A stretch of 64,000 nucleotides of DNA from Sporopachydermia quercuum. Lineage: Eukaryota. The translations under genes and the position numbers were made by a program. Under the pieces are notes generated by a model. The model did not search any database, was not told where the DNA came from, and was given only the letters and a program-made list of their open reading frames with translations. Positions 47,439-60,113 of this stretch are shown one piece after another. The DNA is taken from NCBI GenBank assembly GCA_001599295.1, contig BCGN01000001.1, positions 434,001 to 498,000 of the forward strand, written 5' to 3'. Position 1 is the first letter of the stretch. Every line of letters starts with the position of its first letter.

Positions 47439-47902
47439 TACCTGAATGTCTTTGAAACGCCAAATTTACAGATTAATAAACTTGAATGATTTTATTATTA
47501 TAATGATACATCATTTCAATAGTTTTAGCATATTAAATTGGTGTCACCTGTCTACTTATCATAGAAGTCATAAAACGAAATCTGATTACAAAGTAAGTTT
47601 GATGTCGATAGTAGGGGCACAAGGTGAGATACTCCAGAAGCGAATGCAACTATTTCCGATGACCCAATTGGTAATTTATTTCTCCGCATGGTAAGTCTGA
47701 ATTTAACAATTGATAACATAAAAATCAAAAGTTTATAAAAGACCCTTCTCACACTTCTTTTAATTATTTGCTGCAATTGTTTTTTCTAGATAGTTGTTTT
47801 ACTATGTTAATTAAAATTGATTCCAGTTGCTAGTTTGACTTCGAAAGATTATAGTAAGCTCGATATCAACAGTTTATGTTATCGACTTTCAATTAGAAAA
47901 AA

Positions 47903-48757
47903 ATGGTTTCAACGAGTATCGTTTTATCTGATGGAGGAGTTATCCCATCACTTGGGTTGGGCGTTTATAAGACACCTACAGGTGTGGCTAAGGATATTGT
48001 TTATGCAGCATTGAAGATTGGTTATCGTCATATTGATTGTGCTCAAGTATATGGTAATGAATTGGAAAGTGGTCAAGGAATTGTTCAATGGTTGAAGGAT
48101 ACCTCAGGGGCAAGAAGAGAGGATGTTTTTTACACAACAAAAGTATACGATACAGATCAAGGATACGATAAGGCTAAGAAGGCAATTGCCAAAAGTTTCG
48201 AAAGAGTCGCAGATTTGGGATATATTGACCTGTTATTAATTCACTCTCCTCAATCCAATAGAGAGTTGAGATTGCAAACATGGAAGGCAATGGAAGAAGC
48301 AGTACAACAAGGAATTGTCAAGCATATTGGTGTGTCAAATTACGGAATTAACCATATTCAAGAATTGTTAGAGTGGGAAGAGTTATCAATCAAACCAGTT
48401 ATCAATCAAATTGAATTATCTCCTTGGTTAATGAGAACAGACCTCATTGACTACATGAAGGAAAAAAACATCGTTGCAGAAGCATACTGTCCNTTAACTA
48501 GAGGTAAACGACTAGATGACAATATTGTTATAAAATTAAGTGAGAAGTACAATAAAACACCTGCTCAGATTCTCATAAGATGGAGTTTGCAAGCTGGTTT
48601 TATTCCTTTACCAAAAACTGCAAACAAAGACCGCGCAAGAGCCAATTTCGACGTTTGGGATTTCAACATCGAAGAAGACGATGTAAACGAATTACAAGAT
48701 CCAACTGCTTATGATCCTGTCGCCTGGGATCCTATTAAGTATGAAGATAAAGCTTGA
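47903..48757 (+). CDS. Aldo-keto reductase (YJR096W-like)
   Basis: 284 aa; GLGVY, GYRHIDCAQVYGNE, YIDLLLIHSP, IGVSNY, NQIELSPW, IPLPKT. Confidence 0.92.
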   Translation: MVSTSIVLSDGGVIPSLGLGVYKTPTGVAKDIVYAALKIGYRHIDCAQVYGNELESGQGIVQWLKDTSGARREDVFYTTKVYDTDQGYDKAKKAIAKSFERVADLGYIDLLLIHSPQSNRELRLQTWKAMEEAVQQGIVKHIGVSNYGINHIQELLEWEELSIKPVINQIELSPWLMRTDLIDYMKEKNIVAEAYCXLTRGKRLDDNIVIKLSEKYNKTPAQILIRWSLQAGFIPLPKTANKDRARANFDVWDFNIEEDDVNELQDPTAYDPVAWDPIKYEDKA

Positions 48758-49676
48758 ATTGAAACTTTGAAGCTGTAAAATCTTGAGCTCCTATGAGATT
48801 CCCAATAATTCACATTATTTCTTTTTTTGGTTAGTTTGTGGAATACAATTAATACTGAGCTTGTGGAGTCTGTTGTTGAACCTACCTCTACTATTGTTTC
48901 TATAGTAAAGTAAATAATGTTTCATTCCTCGAAATAAATAGTCTAATTTTCCTCATTTTTTATACTTCTAAAATACAAATAAGTTTACGACGGTGATCAA
49001 TGTATGCGTTCAGTATTTGTAATATGTAGCACAGGTTTGCTAATTCATATATAACCCTACTATTTTTGACTTCAACATAATGGTCAATCTAAAATGTCTG
49101 GCCATCTGTCGATTCATGATATTATCAAGTTACTCTTAACCGTTCTTCATTTGGTCCCATCACACTAAGCCATTATGTCAATTCGTTAATTCGAAAAATC
49201 TAACAACTTATCTCTTCATAGACATAAAGCTATTTATTTAGATTAACGTAATCGTAAACTTTGACTAATGTACTAGATGATGTAATCACTAATGCATTTG
49301 CAGAGACAACTCAGTTTTTATTCAACAAGTGCAATGGATATATTGACTTCGCTTTGCTATCTTCTGAATCCAATCTACGGTATTATAAGTGGATAAGGTA
49401 TTTTCATTACTTTCAATGTGATCTATTGTTAATTGTATTGTGTTTCTACTTAAATTCATTGGTTCAATCAATAAGATAATGATAAGCTTACAAGCTCGTC
49501 AAATTAACACATGAAAGACTGCTCAGTTAATCACTCACCAATAGAAATAACAACTCATTCGTAACGATTGACATTTATAATAAGGCCTGTCGATTAACCA
49601 CGATTTTTCAATCGCATAGTCCAGCCATATAATTGAAATTTAAGCAAAGCTTGAAGACAGATATCAGTCAGTCAGA

Positions 49677-50321
49677 ATGAATTTATTTAGATTCTTTGGA
49701 GATATCTCCCATCTTGTATCCATTTGGATACTAATTCAAAAGATCACAAAAAGCAGATCCACAAGTGGAGTTTCCTTCAAGACACAATTACTCTATTTCA
49801 TTGTGTTTGTTACAAGGTATCAGGACATTGTTACAGGTCCTTACATATCCTTTTATAACACGGTCATGAAGATATTTTTTATTGGCTCTTCAGGCTACGT
49901 GTTGTACTTGATGAAGAATAAGTATCGCGCGTCTACTGCGAACAACACAATTGACACTTTTCGGGTAGAATTTTTGCTTGGTGGATCAGCCATATTAGCA
50001 CTCATATTCAACTATAAATTCACCATTATTGAAATTCTTTGGAGTTTTTCTTTATGGCTCGAATCTGTTGCCATTTTACCTCAGTTGTTTATGCTTCAGC
50101 GCACAGGGGAAGCAGAATCCATCACCACCCATTACATTTTCTCCTTAGGATTTTATAGGGCATGTTATATTCCAAACTGGATTTATAGGTACTTCAGCAC
50201 TGGCAGGTTTGATGTTTTAAGTTTTGTCACTGGACTCATTCAGACAGTCATTTACTCCGACTTCTTCTACGTGTATTACACCAAAGTTATGAAGGGATTG
50301 AAGTTTGAACTTCCGGCATAA
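49677..50321 (+). CDS. ERD2: HDEL receptor
   Basis: 214 aa; MNLFRFFGDISHL, SGVSFKTQ, FSLWLESVAILPQLFMLQRTGEAE, YIPNWIYRY, QTVIYSDFFYVY. Confidence 0.97.
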   Translation: MNLFRFFGDISHLVSIWILIQKITKSRSTSGVSFKTQLLYFIVFVTRYQDIVTGPYISFYNTVMKIFFIGSSGYVLYLMKNKYRASTANNTIDTFRVEFLLGGSAILALIFNYKFTIIEILWSFSLWLESVAILPQLFMLQRTGEAESITTHYIFSLGFYRACYIPNWIYRYFSTGRFDVLSFVTGLIQTVIYSDFFYVYYTKVMKGLKFELPA

Positions 50322-50519
50322 AATACTTGAATTAGCATAGAAATAAATAAAAGTACCAATTGTAGTAACCAAAGGATGATTTGAAATTAGGAATACTTTC
50401 CGGACTATTTGTTTAGGTTTTCTTCGTTAACGGATGGTCAACTACAACTACAGCAAAACAGTAGGAGTTCATAAATTCTGCGCGTACTTGATAAAAATGA
50501 GCTTATACGATCTATCTGC

Positions 50520-51230
50520 CTAATCTCGCTTCAAAGGATAATATTCCTTCCTAACACCATCTTTAGTGACAATAAAAAGTTCTAACCCATCACCGACATG
50601 GATATGTCTTTCTGTTGCTGAGCTGAAGGCATCTTTCACTAGAGCCAAAACTTCATCTAACTCAAGGTACTCAAATTTCTTCTTCTCACCGGTTTCTGGA
50701 TCCAATTGGTTCTTGAAATTTACTTGATTGTCTAAAAATGGCATGATTAAACTAGCAGCAGCACCACCAGCTCTGCACTGCTCTCTTTCGTAAGATCCAA
50801 CCGGGTCATATGAATAAACACATCCACGTCCTTCTTCATCTAATCCAGCAATAATCGTGTGGACATATAAGGGAAAAAATCTTCTGTTATATAGTATATG
50901 CTGAATGTATCTTGCTATGCTGCTCATCCTAAGCTTCTTGTGAAACTTGTAATGGTAGTGATTTACTTCCTGTTTCACCAGTCTCACAAGTTCATTGCCG
51001 TCAGCACTAAAACCATTGGCTGTCACTAATATACCATCTCCAGCATCGAATATTTTCGGCTCATAACGAGAATTGATACTATACCCTGTAGTATGTCGAG
51101 TGTCACCAGCTAAAACAGCGAAATCCTTTCCTGCAATTCCTAATATAGTTCCTCCATTGTCAGAATAGGGATTGAATTGATGCTCAATTGGTCCGTGTGT
51201 AACCTCTTTTGAAACTTGTGTGGTCATCAT
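50520..51230 (-). CDS. PRE7: 20S proteasome beta-6 subunit
   Basis: PIEHQFNPYSDNGGTILGIAG, YSYDPVGSYEREQCRAGGAAASLIMPFLDNQV, ATERHIHVGDGLE, YPLKRD; first in-frame ATG at 51230. Confidence 0.97.
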   Translation of the reverse strand: MMTTQVSKEVTHGPIEHQFNPYSDNGGTILGIAGKDFAVLAGDTRHTTGYSINSRYEPKIFDAGDGILVTANGFSADGNELVRLVKQEVNHYHYKFHKKLRMSSIARYIQHILYNRRFFPLYVHTIIAGLDEEGRGCVYSYDPVGSYEREQCRAGGAAASLIMPFLDNQVNFKNQLDPETGEKKKFEYLELDEVLALVKDAFSSATERHIHVGDGLELFIVTKDGVRKEYYPLKRD

Positions 51231-51794
51231 TTTGTAAAATTGGATATAACACAGCCAACAACTCAACTAATAAGTACAGACATAAATTGAGGTTTTCTAT
51301 TAGCCAAAGAACTTTTTTGTGCTGTTCTTGATAGATGGAACACCTAGTATATGATGTAGCCCGAAGGCAATGAATCATGGATAAAGTACAAGAATTATAA
51401 TGAGAATAGGACCACTATTTAATGGAAGGAGACTTCAAGTAATAGCCAAATTCGTGTGCTTGGGTGCATTGTTCTCAAAATTAGTGTTCAAGTCTCATCA
51501 TGTTCGTCAATGATGACATAAGATAGAGAGAACAGAATATAGATTAAAAACATGATGGCAAGAAAATTAATACTCAAATAATGAAAAAAATTATATATGC
51601 TGAGTTCTCGCAGAATTTCTTCCATTGAAATAATACTATAAGATGGCATCTGTTCAGATCTTCTGAATAATTTAGGGGTATACCTAGGGGGAGTTTTGGT
51701 TGTGTATGTAATAACTGGGATAACTTTGATAAATTTAATCTACAAACGCTTTGCTATAAATAATCACAAATTATTCGAATTTTGTTCAGGAAAG

Positions 51795-52828
51795 TTATAA
51801 TTCATTAATTGATTTCTGGAAAAGTGACTTTAATTTTTGTAAACAGCCATTCAGACTATTGAGGAATCCCGTTTTACTATCCTTTTTGCTCAAAATAAAG
51901 TTGATCACCCCTTTAGTGGATATATTATCAGTATAATGTTCAACGATCTCTGAGTCACATTGATAATCTAGTTTATGTTAGAGATCTGATCTATGAATCA
52001 AAACTATCACCTTTTTCTTCCCTTTCTTTCGGGGAATAGAAATGCCTATACAAGAAAAAGCTCGACTTACAGTAAATATTTGGGATGCTTGGAACTTTGA
52101 AGAAATCTTTGATCTTATCGGCACCCGGATAGTTAGCGTCAATGAATACAACTTCAAAGTTCTTTATATTGCCTTTTTCAGGATCATTAAGGTATTTTAT
52201 CGCCTTTTCTATTCTTGTCGATACCAATTGCCAGTTGGAAATGCCGTCCTCATAAAATACTAGTAACAGATCTTTCCCACTTTGATGCAAAGAACGGATT
52301 TGGTCAAGATCATCTAATAAAAGAGAACTTTCTTCTCTGTAAGTAGGACGAATGCCTGCGTGTTCGAAAATAAAGTCAGTAAAATCTTGTGCAGTTCTCT
52401 TTGTTTTTAAGGCTGCGACATTGACCCCAGAAGGATTATATAATCGGACAATTGGAAAGGCAATGACGTTTTCCCGTTTCCTCACTTCTTTGTTAATTAT
52501 GCCTTCAATTTTTGAAACTTCAATATCTGGATGGTCTTCAAATATTTCCATTATGTAGTCATACAAGGGCTCTAGTTGGGTTGAATGTCCACATTTAGTA
52601 GAATAAAACTAAGGATTAGTGTTAGTTTCATTGGAGCCAGAAAAAAACTGCTGCTGCTTCGACAACATTCAAACTCCGGGAAATAGTATTGCTTACGTTC
52701 ACAAGATTCCATTTTCCACTTCGTGTCAATTGTTCATAAAAATTAGTATCATTGAGTATTTTTCCCCTACTTCGAACGACGAAAGTCAAAAGTAGTAGTA
52801 CTGCAGAGATTGTTTCGATGAACTTCAT
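51795..52828 (-). CDS. Secretory thioredoxin-fold (PDI-like) protein with a CGHS site (3 exons, 280 aa)
   Basis: Exons 52828-52697, 52608-52071 and 51967-51795. Signal peptide, LNDTNF..LVNFYSTKCGHS..LEPLY, cis-Pro loop AFPIVRLY, a second Cys-less Trx-like domain, and C-terminus SINEL. Confidence 0.8.
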
Positions 52829-53200
52829 TTAGCTACAAATTATATATGTGAAGAATTACAGCATGTAGTCAATTCCAAGGCCAAACTNTTGATTGAAAAA
52901 AATGTATTTGACCGTTGTTTCTTGTTGCCTATAATATTATGTTCTTCTCATTCTAAACCACTCTATTCACCAATATTGAACTTCAGCTTCACATATCGCA
53001 GGGGAAGAAAATCGATTTTTCAAATGTATGAACCAAGAATGAAACTGAAAAAAAAAGAAAAAGGAGAAAGAATATCCGGATAGTTATCTCAACCATCTAT
53101 TCCTCCCCTTGAAAGATTATGTAATATAAATTTTTTTGATTATGCTATCTTATGTTTTGAGCAAAATACTATTCTACTTCCTCTTTTATCTCATTGGCAT

Positions 53201-53221
53201 AGTTAGTTAGTTAGTTAGTTA
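53201..53221. repeat. (AGTT)5 tetranucleotide microsatellite
   Basis: agttagttagttagttagtta. Confidence 0.8.
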
Positions 53222-53403
53222 CCTTATCGGTCATAAAACTGCTCATTCAGATTCAATCGAATACTGTTTGTCCATTTTGTACCATGGCGTGGCAAGTTTG
53301 ATTACTCTTATAAAGATATCTATCTGGTACTACTTATATGCTATTTCTCTATTTAGTTTTCCCGGTGGCTATTGATTTGACTCCAGAGATTTTATCAATT
53401 AAA

Positions 53404-53652
53404 ATGAAACTTCTTTTCCTTTCATCAACTAAGCAATCGAGGTTAGATAAGTTGATTCAGAAACCGTCGAATCTACTCTTTTGGCTATTTGCTGGAACGG
53501 TCACTCTCAGTACGTTGTATGTTATTTTCTCATTTCCAGAGCCTACTCAAAATGAGAAGGCAAATGAGACAATTGTTGATGGAAAGGACATCAATTATAT
53601 AGAGGAGGAAGAACCAAATAGTTGGCTCAGATTTTGGAGAAGATGGAAGTGA
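53404..53652 (+). CDS. MIN6: Small single-TM protein, MIN6/YBL039W-B-like
   Basis: DKLIQKPSNLLFWLFAGTVTLSTLYVIF resembles the recalled YBL039W-B core (RKPSTIAMWVFAG...STFYLMF). It lies between ERD2/PRE7 and URA7 as in S. cerevisiae. Start codon uncertain. Confidence 0.7.
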   Translation: MKLLFLSSTKQSRLDKLIQKPSNLLFWLFAGTVTLSTLYVIFSFPEPTQNEKANETIVDGKDINYIEEEEPNSWLRFWRRWK

Positions 53653-54668
53653 ATTCACTTCCACCATACCTACTATGGTAGTTTGGTTTTGGAAATTCAA
53701 TGCTGCACAATATGCAGAAGAAAAAAATTATATCTCTGCAAAATAACTTGTGCTGTTCCACTTGAAGACTTGTTTTTTTTGGTTTGCTAGTTTCCCCCAT
53801 TACTTTGTTTGTCTTCTGGATTCCTTAATAGCATTGATAAAGTACTGAGGATTTGTTTACATCATTGCCTAGCTAGAAGAAAAGCATTGATAAGCATGAA
53901 ATTATCCTCTTCTCAACGTTTTTCTATTAACTATTCAACCTATAAATCTTTCCATCTGCCTTCCTGGTTTGATTTAACTCGATTCTATCACCATCCTTAA
54001 GATGACATCTCATCTTACATTGAGATCTAGCCTTCTTCAAGATTGCTAGAGGGGTATCTCGTGAGACATTATGACCACCAATGGCATTTCATTTTCTGAT
54101 CCCATCTCCCGTGGCTGACTAAGCGTCTAATGTACAGGACATTCAGATGTCTTCTCAAAGAAGCGTATTTCTTAGCTCTGTGACAAGTATTTGTCACTTA
54201 TTGAAACTGATAAGTGGGGAAATTTACTGGCCTATTTAAACAAACTGAACAGACACATACGCAACATTTTGTGAGCATCATGCAATCAAGAGCAAACAGA
54301 GAATAGGTGGATTCAAATTTGATTAGAAGTATCAATTCTATTGAAGCTAAGAGTGTGAAAGCAAAATGAGGGATTACTATATTGATGGATTTCCTTTGAA
54401 TGATATATTTGGAAGGTTTGCGAATAAATGCAATTGAGTTGGGGGAAACTTAAAGTCTGACAAGGGGATTAACTGATAGTGCCGATTGATATTACATGTC
54501 GTGACTGTTCTATTTAAAAGGAACATCATCCACCTGTATTTTCTTCCTATGCACAACGACTTACAATTGAATGCCATTAACTGATTTCTTTGCGAATTAC
54601 ATCGTTTATTGTACAAGGATTGTTCAAATAAGAATAATACTAATTTTGAACTCAATCAAATCATCAAA

Positions 54669-55323
54669 ATGAAGGCTGGTAAGTTTCAAGACGCTTTGTT
54701 CATTATCGAAGACATCTAGGAATTGAGAGGCAAATCAGAAAAGTGCTCACGTTTTTAGGCACGGCAGAAGTTGGTTTCAATACCCCAGTGATAAAACCAA
54801 CTATTGGAAGAGATTTTTTATATAGATGAAGCAATTGTCGAGGTAGTATTGTTTCTAACTTTGTTATCTAGTTGCTGTTTTAAGAGGAGACGCTTCTGTT
54901 AGCGGTGTTGTTACTTTTGAACAATCATCTGCTTCTGAGCCTACCACTATTTCATACAAGATCACTGGGAATGATGCCAATGCTCTCCGTGGTTTCCACA
55001 TTCATCAATTTGGTGACAACACGAATGGCTGTACTTCAGCTGGTCCTCACTTCAACCCCTTCGGAAAGACACACGGAGCTCCCGAAGACGAAGTTAGACA
55101 CGTTGGCGATTTAGGTAACGTCCAAACTGACGCTTCTGGTGTTGCCGACGGTGTTAAGACTGATAAGTTAGTTACTTTGTTTGGTGATAACTCTATTATT
55201 GGACGTACTGTTGTTATCCACAGTGGTACTGATGATTTAGGAAAGAGTGACCATCCTGATTCTCTTAAGACTGGTAATGCCGGTGGCAGACCAGCATGTG
55301 GTGTAATTGGTCTTTCTGCTTAA
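54669..55323 (+). CDS. SOD1: Cu/Zn superoxide dismutase (2 exons, 153 aa)
   Basis: Exons 54669-54678 and 54872-55323. [73 protein letters not shown]. The ORF track shows only a wrong-frame ORF here. Confidence 0.97.
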
Positions 55324-55599
55324 GTTTTTATAGTCTTTATGTGTTAACTGTATAGTGCTAATGAATATTGGCTTACTCATGGTAATAGGATTAAGGGTTG
55401 TAGCTATTGAGATGATGTAGTACAGTCGGTACTGAGTTCATAATTACTGACTAGGAAGAGATGAGTACTTGGCATAGATCCGATTTCCCGACCATAGAGG
55501 CATAACTGAAAACTTAGAGTATCATTCGGATTGTTGAAGTAATTTAATGTAAGANATGATATTAATTTCTATACAAAGTAAGTTCAAAAGTTACGATAT

Positions 55600-57366
<1,767 letters not shown>

Positions 57367-57634
57367 TCAAATAAGTCTTTGTTATCTAAAGACTACAACT
57401 GAAGAACAATCAAAAAAATAACTACGCGATTATGGCTTTTTTATCAATACAGTTGAATAATTCGACAAGTCAGGTGTACCCCAGAATCTTTGACAAATTC
57501 AAAGGGGAAGAAAGGAAAAAAGAATATAAAACTATATGTGAAAAGATTGTTATGTATATTCATTTAATTGGTGTTAGAAGAAGAAAGCAATCTCTCACCA
57601 CAAAATAATTGTTAATCTCTATGCTGTACCAGCC

Positions 57635-57644
57635 AAAAATTTTT
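57635..57644. promoter_or_regulatory. RRPE-like AAAAATTTTT element upstream of URA7
   Basis: About 305 bp upstream of the URA7 ATG; weak motif in AT-rich DNA. Confidence 0.3.
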
Positions 57645-58365
57645 TTTATTCATAGTAACCTTATCTTTTGTTTATTATTCATTTCATGAGACGTTACGAT
57701 TATGTAATCTTTGAATGATAAAGGTTGGTAGTTTGTATGTTCCAAAAAGTATCTTGCATTGTTTTGCATATTCTTACATGATGACCTTAATCAAGCTAAA
57801 TCCAGTTAGTTTCTTCTCATCAATCATCAAATATATAGATAGGTAATGGATTAGCTGATGCTGATGAGTATCACAACAAAGTTTCTGAGGAAAAGCCAAA
57901 TCAAAGTCTTTCTATTGAGGCAAAAAGTTTTATAGAATTTGTATGATATTTCCTCTTTTGTATCATCAGATTTGGGGAACGGACCTTTTAGAAGCTACAA
58001 AGCGAGGAATAGATGCTATACTGAAAGGACTGTCTTTAGCCACGTTAGAGAATTAACTTAACTTCAAATATTGGAAAATCTTATCTGTATGAGTAAGTTG
58101 AGAGGGATTGGAGCGACCTAAAAGTTCTATAAGAAAATACACGAAGGTACCGTTTATTTTCTGATGTTCGATGACTTCGAGTCCCCTTCGATAAAAAAAA
58201 TACTTTTGCTATAATACATTGGGTGTACTTTAGGTGGAAGAGAACCTAGCTGTTACATCACAATTGAAAGCCGTAGTTCCGGAAAACATAATTAGTTTTA
58301 CCACTCCTGCATTCCTATGCATCGTAGAATACTAGCCTAACCTGAGCTTGGGAATTAGAAATATC

Positions 58366-59133
58366 TTATTTGAATTTGACACCCATTATTTCACCTTGTT
58401 GATCTTTCATGAACTGGCATTTCCCTCGTTTGGATAGAATATCTAAGGCCTTGAATAAAACCATTTCATGAATTCCCCGTATTTTAGAAGTATCTCTTCC
58501 TCCGCTTAATTGTAATGCCTCAACTTCTTCGTCATCTTCTTGGTCAATGTTTTGAGTCTGTAGTTCATAGATCGTGAGTACAACACCATTCTGACCAGTT
58601 TTATCGATCCAATTGCTGATAATAGTCGCCCATGCCTCTGGTTTTCTCCAATATACTACAATGCTTCCATTTCCTGTCACATTCGATTCTTTCTGTTTAG
58701 TAGATAAGAAGTTGAACTTCTTTTTGTCTCCTCTAACTGTGATATCAACCCAATCAGCATCTCCATTTCTGACCATCGTATTAAAGATATCTCTAATGAC
58801 ACTTCGCTTTAACTGCCGATTAATCTCTGAATTGTAAAAGATACCACCAACGTCTTCTTCATCTTCATTCTCATCCTCAGCATGACTTTTAATTGTGACT
58901 AGATCTCCTGTTGAACCAATTTCTTCTGTATTGTCGATATCTCCATCTTCCTGAGCAATTCTTACTCCTTGTGATTCTTTCTGTCCTGTTTCACTCAAAA
59001 CCCATACGCAGTTATACTGACAGTATGACAGTATTAGGTTGATCCAATGGGACTTCTGAGCTTTCCAGGTTTGTTCATTTGGCTGTCTAGTGAAGAATGG
59101 AGGAAAGCTATATATTTTAGGAAGTTCATACAT
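58366..59133 (-). CDS. VPS25: ESCRT-II subunit Vps25
   Basis: LPKIYSFPPFFTRQPNEQTW..Q..HW..LIL.YC, IFYNSEINRQL, VYWRKPEAWA..I..WI..TGQ.G.VLTIYEL, GVKF; ATG at 59133 (255 aa). Confidence 0.93.
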   Translation of the reverse strand: MYELPKIYSFPPFFTRQPNEQTWKAQKSHWINLILSYCQYNCVWVLSETGQKESQGVRIAQEDGDIDNTEEIGSTGDLVTIKSHAEDENEDEEDVGGIFYNSEINRQLKRSVIRDIFNTMVRNGDADWVDITVRGDKKKFNFLSTKQKESNVTGNGSIVVYWRKPEAWATIISNWIDKTGQNGVVLTIYELQTQNIDQEDDEEVEALQLSGGRDTSKIRGIHEMVLFKALDILSKRGKCQFMKDQQGEIMGVKFK

Positions 59134-60113
59134 CGTTGAAACAGTTATAACTTTCAAAGGTACGCAAATTGCTGGATAGAAAGTTGATTAGATTGATTGA
59201 TAGACGAGCCCAAAACAGAGTAACTACAGAAGTCAATTCATTCAGCATAGTAAACAATGTTTATTAGTTATTTCACGAAAACGACTCTCTTTCGATTGCT
59301 ATTGAAACAAGAGACACCTGTTATCAAGACTGAACACTATTTTGATCTCTTCTGCCGAGTTATCTTGCACACTTTTGCTGCAATAAGTAATATAAGAAAA
59401 GATAATTTAAAGTTGGTAGGTTTACATATATTCTTCCCTCTAAGCTTATGATATGGCCATGAATAGTATTTTTTTCTGACATATGTATGTATACGCATTA
59501 GAAACTGCATGTANATGCATATATAGTCTAATAATCCGATTATCAGCACCCTTCGGAAGTAAACGATGATCTTGGGAAATATAACCACAAGAACATAGAA
59601 AATATACCATTGATTACTTCAAATGATCTATAATTTCTATACATTGTTTTTGTTGAACCGTTTCGTCATTATTAAGTAATGTCAGAGCACTGGTTGGTAT
59701 AACATAACGAAGTTCTGTGAGCCAGGAAACTTTTATTGTACACATTTGTGCGAATAAAGACNCGTACAACTTTCATCATCTATAAAGCCGTTGTTTGAAT
59801 TGATAAGTAACATAGGTAACCAAGGGTACAAACAAAAAATGTTACTTAATCTTCATCTCAAAGACAGATCAAGTAAGATTTTATCCTAATTTATTCGAAG
59901 GAATGCTTATTATTGTTATTTTGTTTTATCAGCTCGTACAGCAATTTTTTTGAGTAGAAGGGAGACTAAGCCATGGTTTCACTTAACTGTCAGGCATCTC
60001 TTAATATACTGAGTTCCAGTTTGAATCTAACAAGATAAACCAATTTGCAGAACAAAGACCAAATTATTGAGATATATTGAATAAGATTTCAATCACATTT
60101 TATATTGAACAAA

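Noticed and set aside
54905..55114. 69-aa ORF
   Set aside because: Out-of-frame overlap with SOD1 exon 2.
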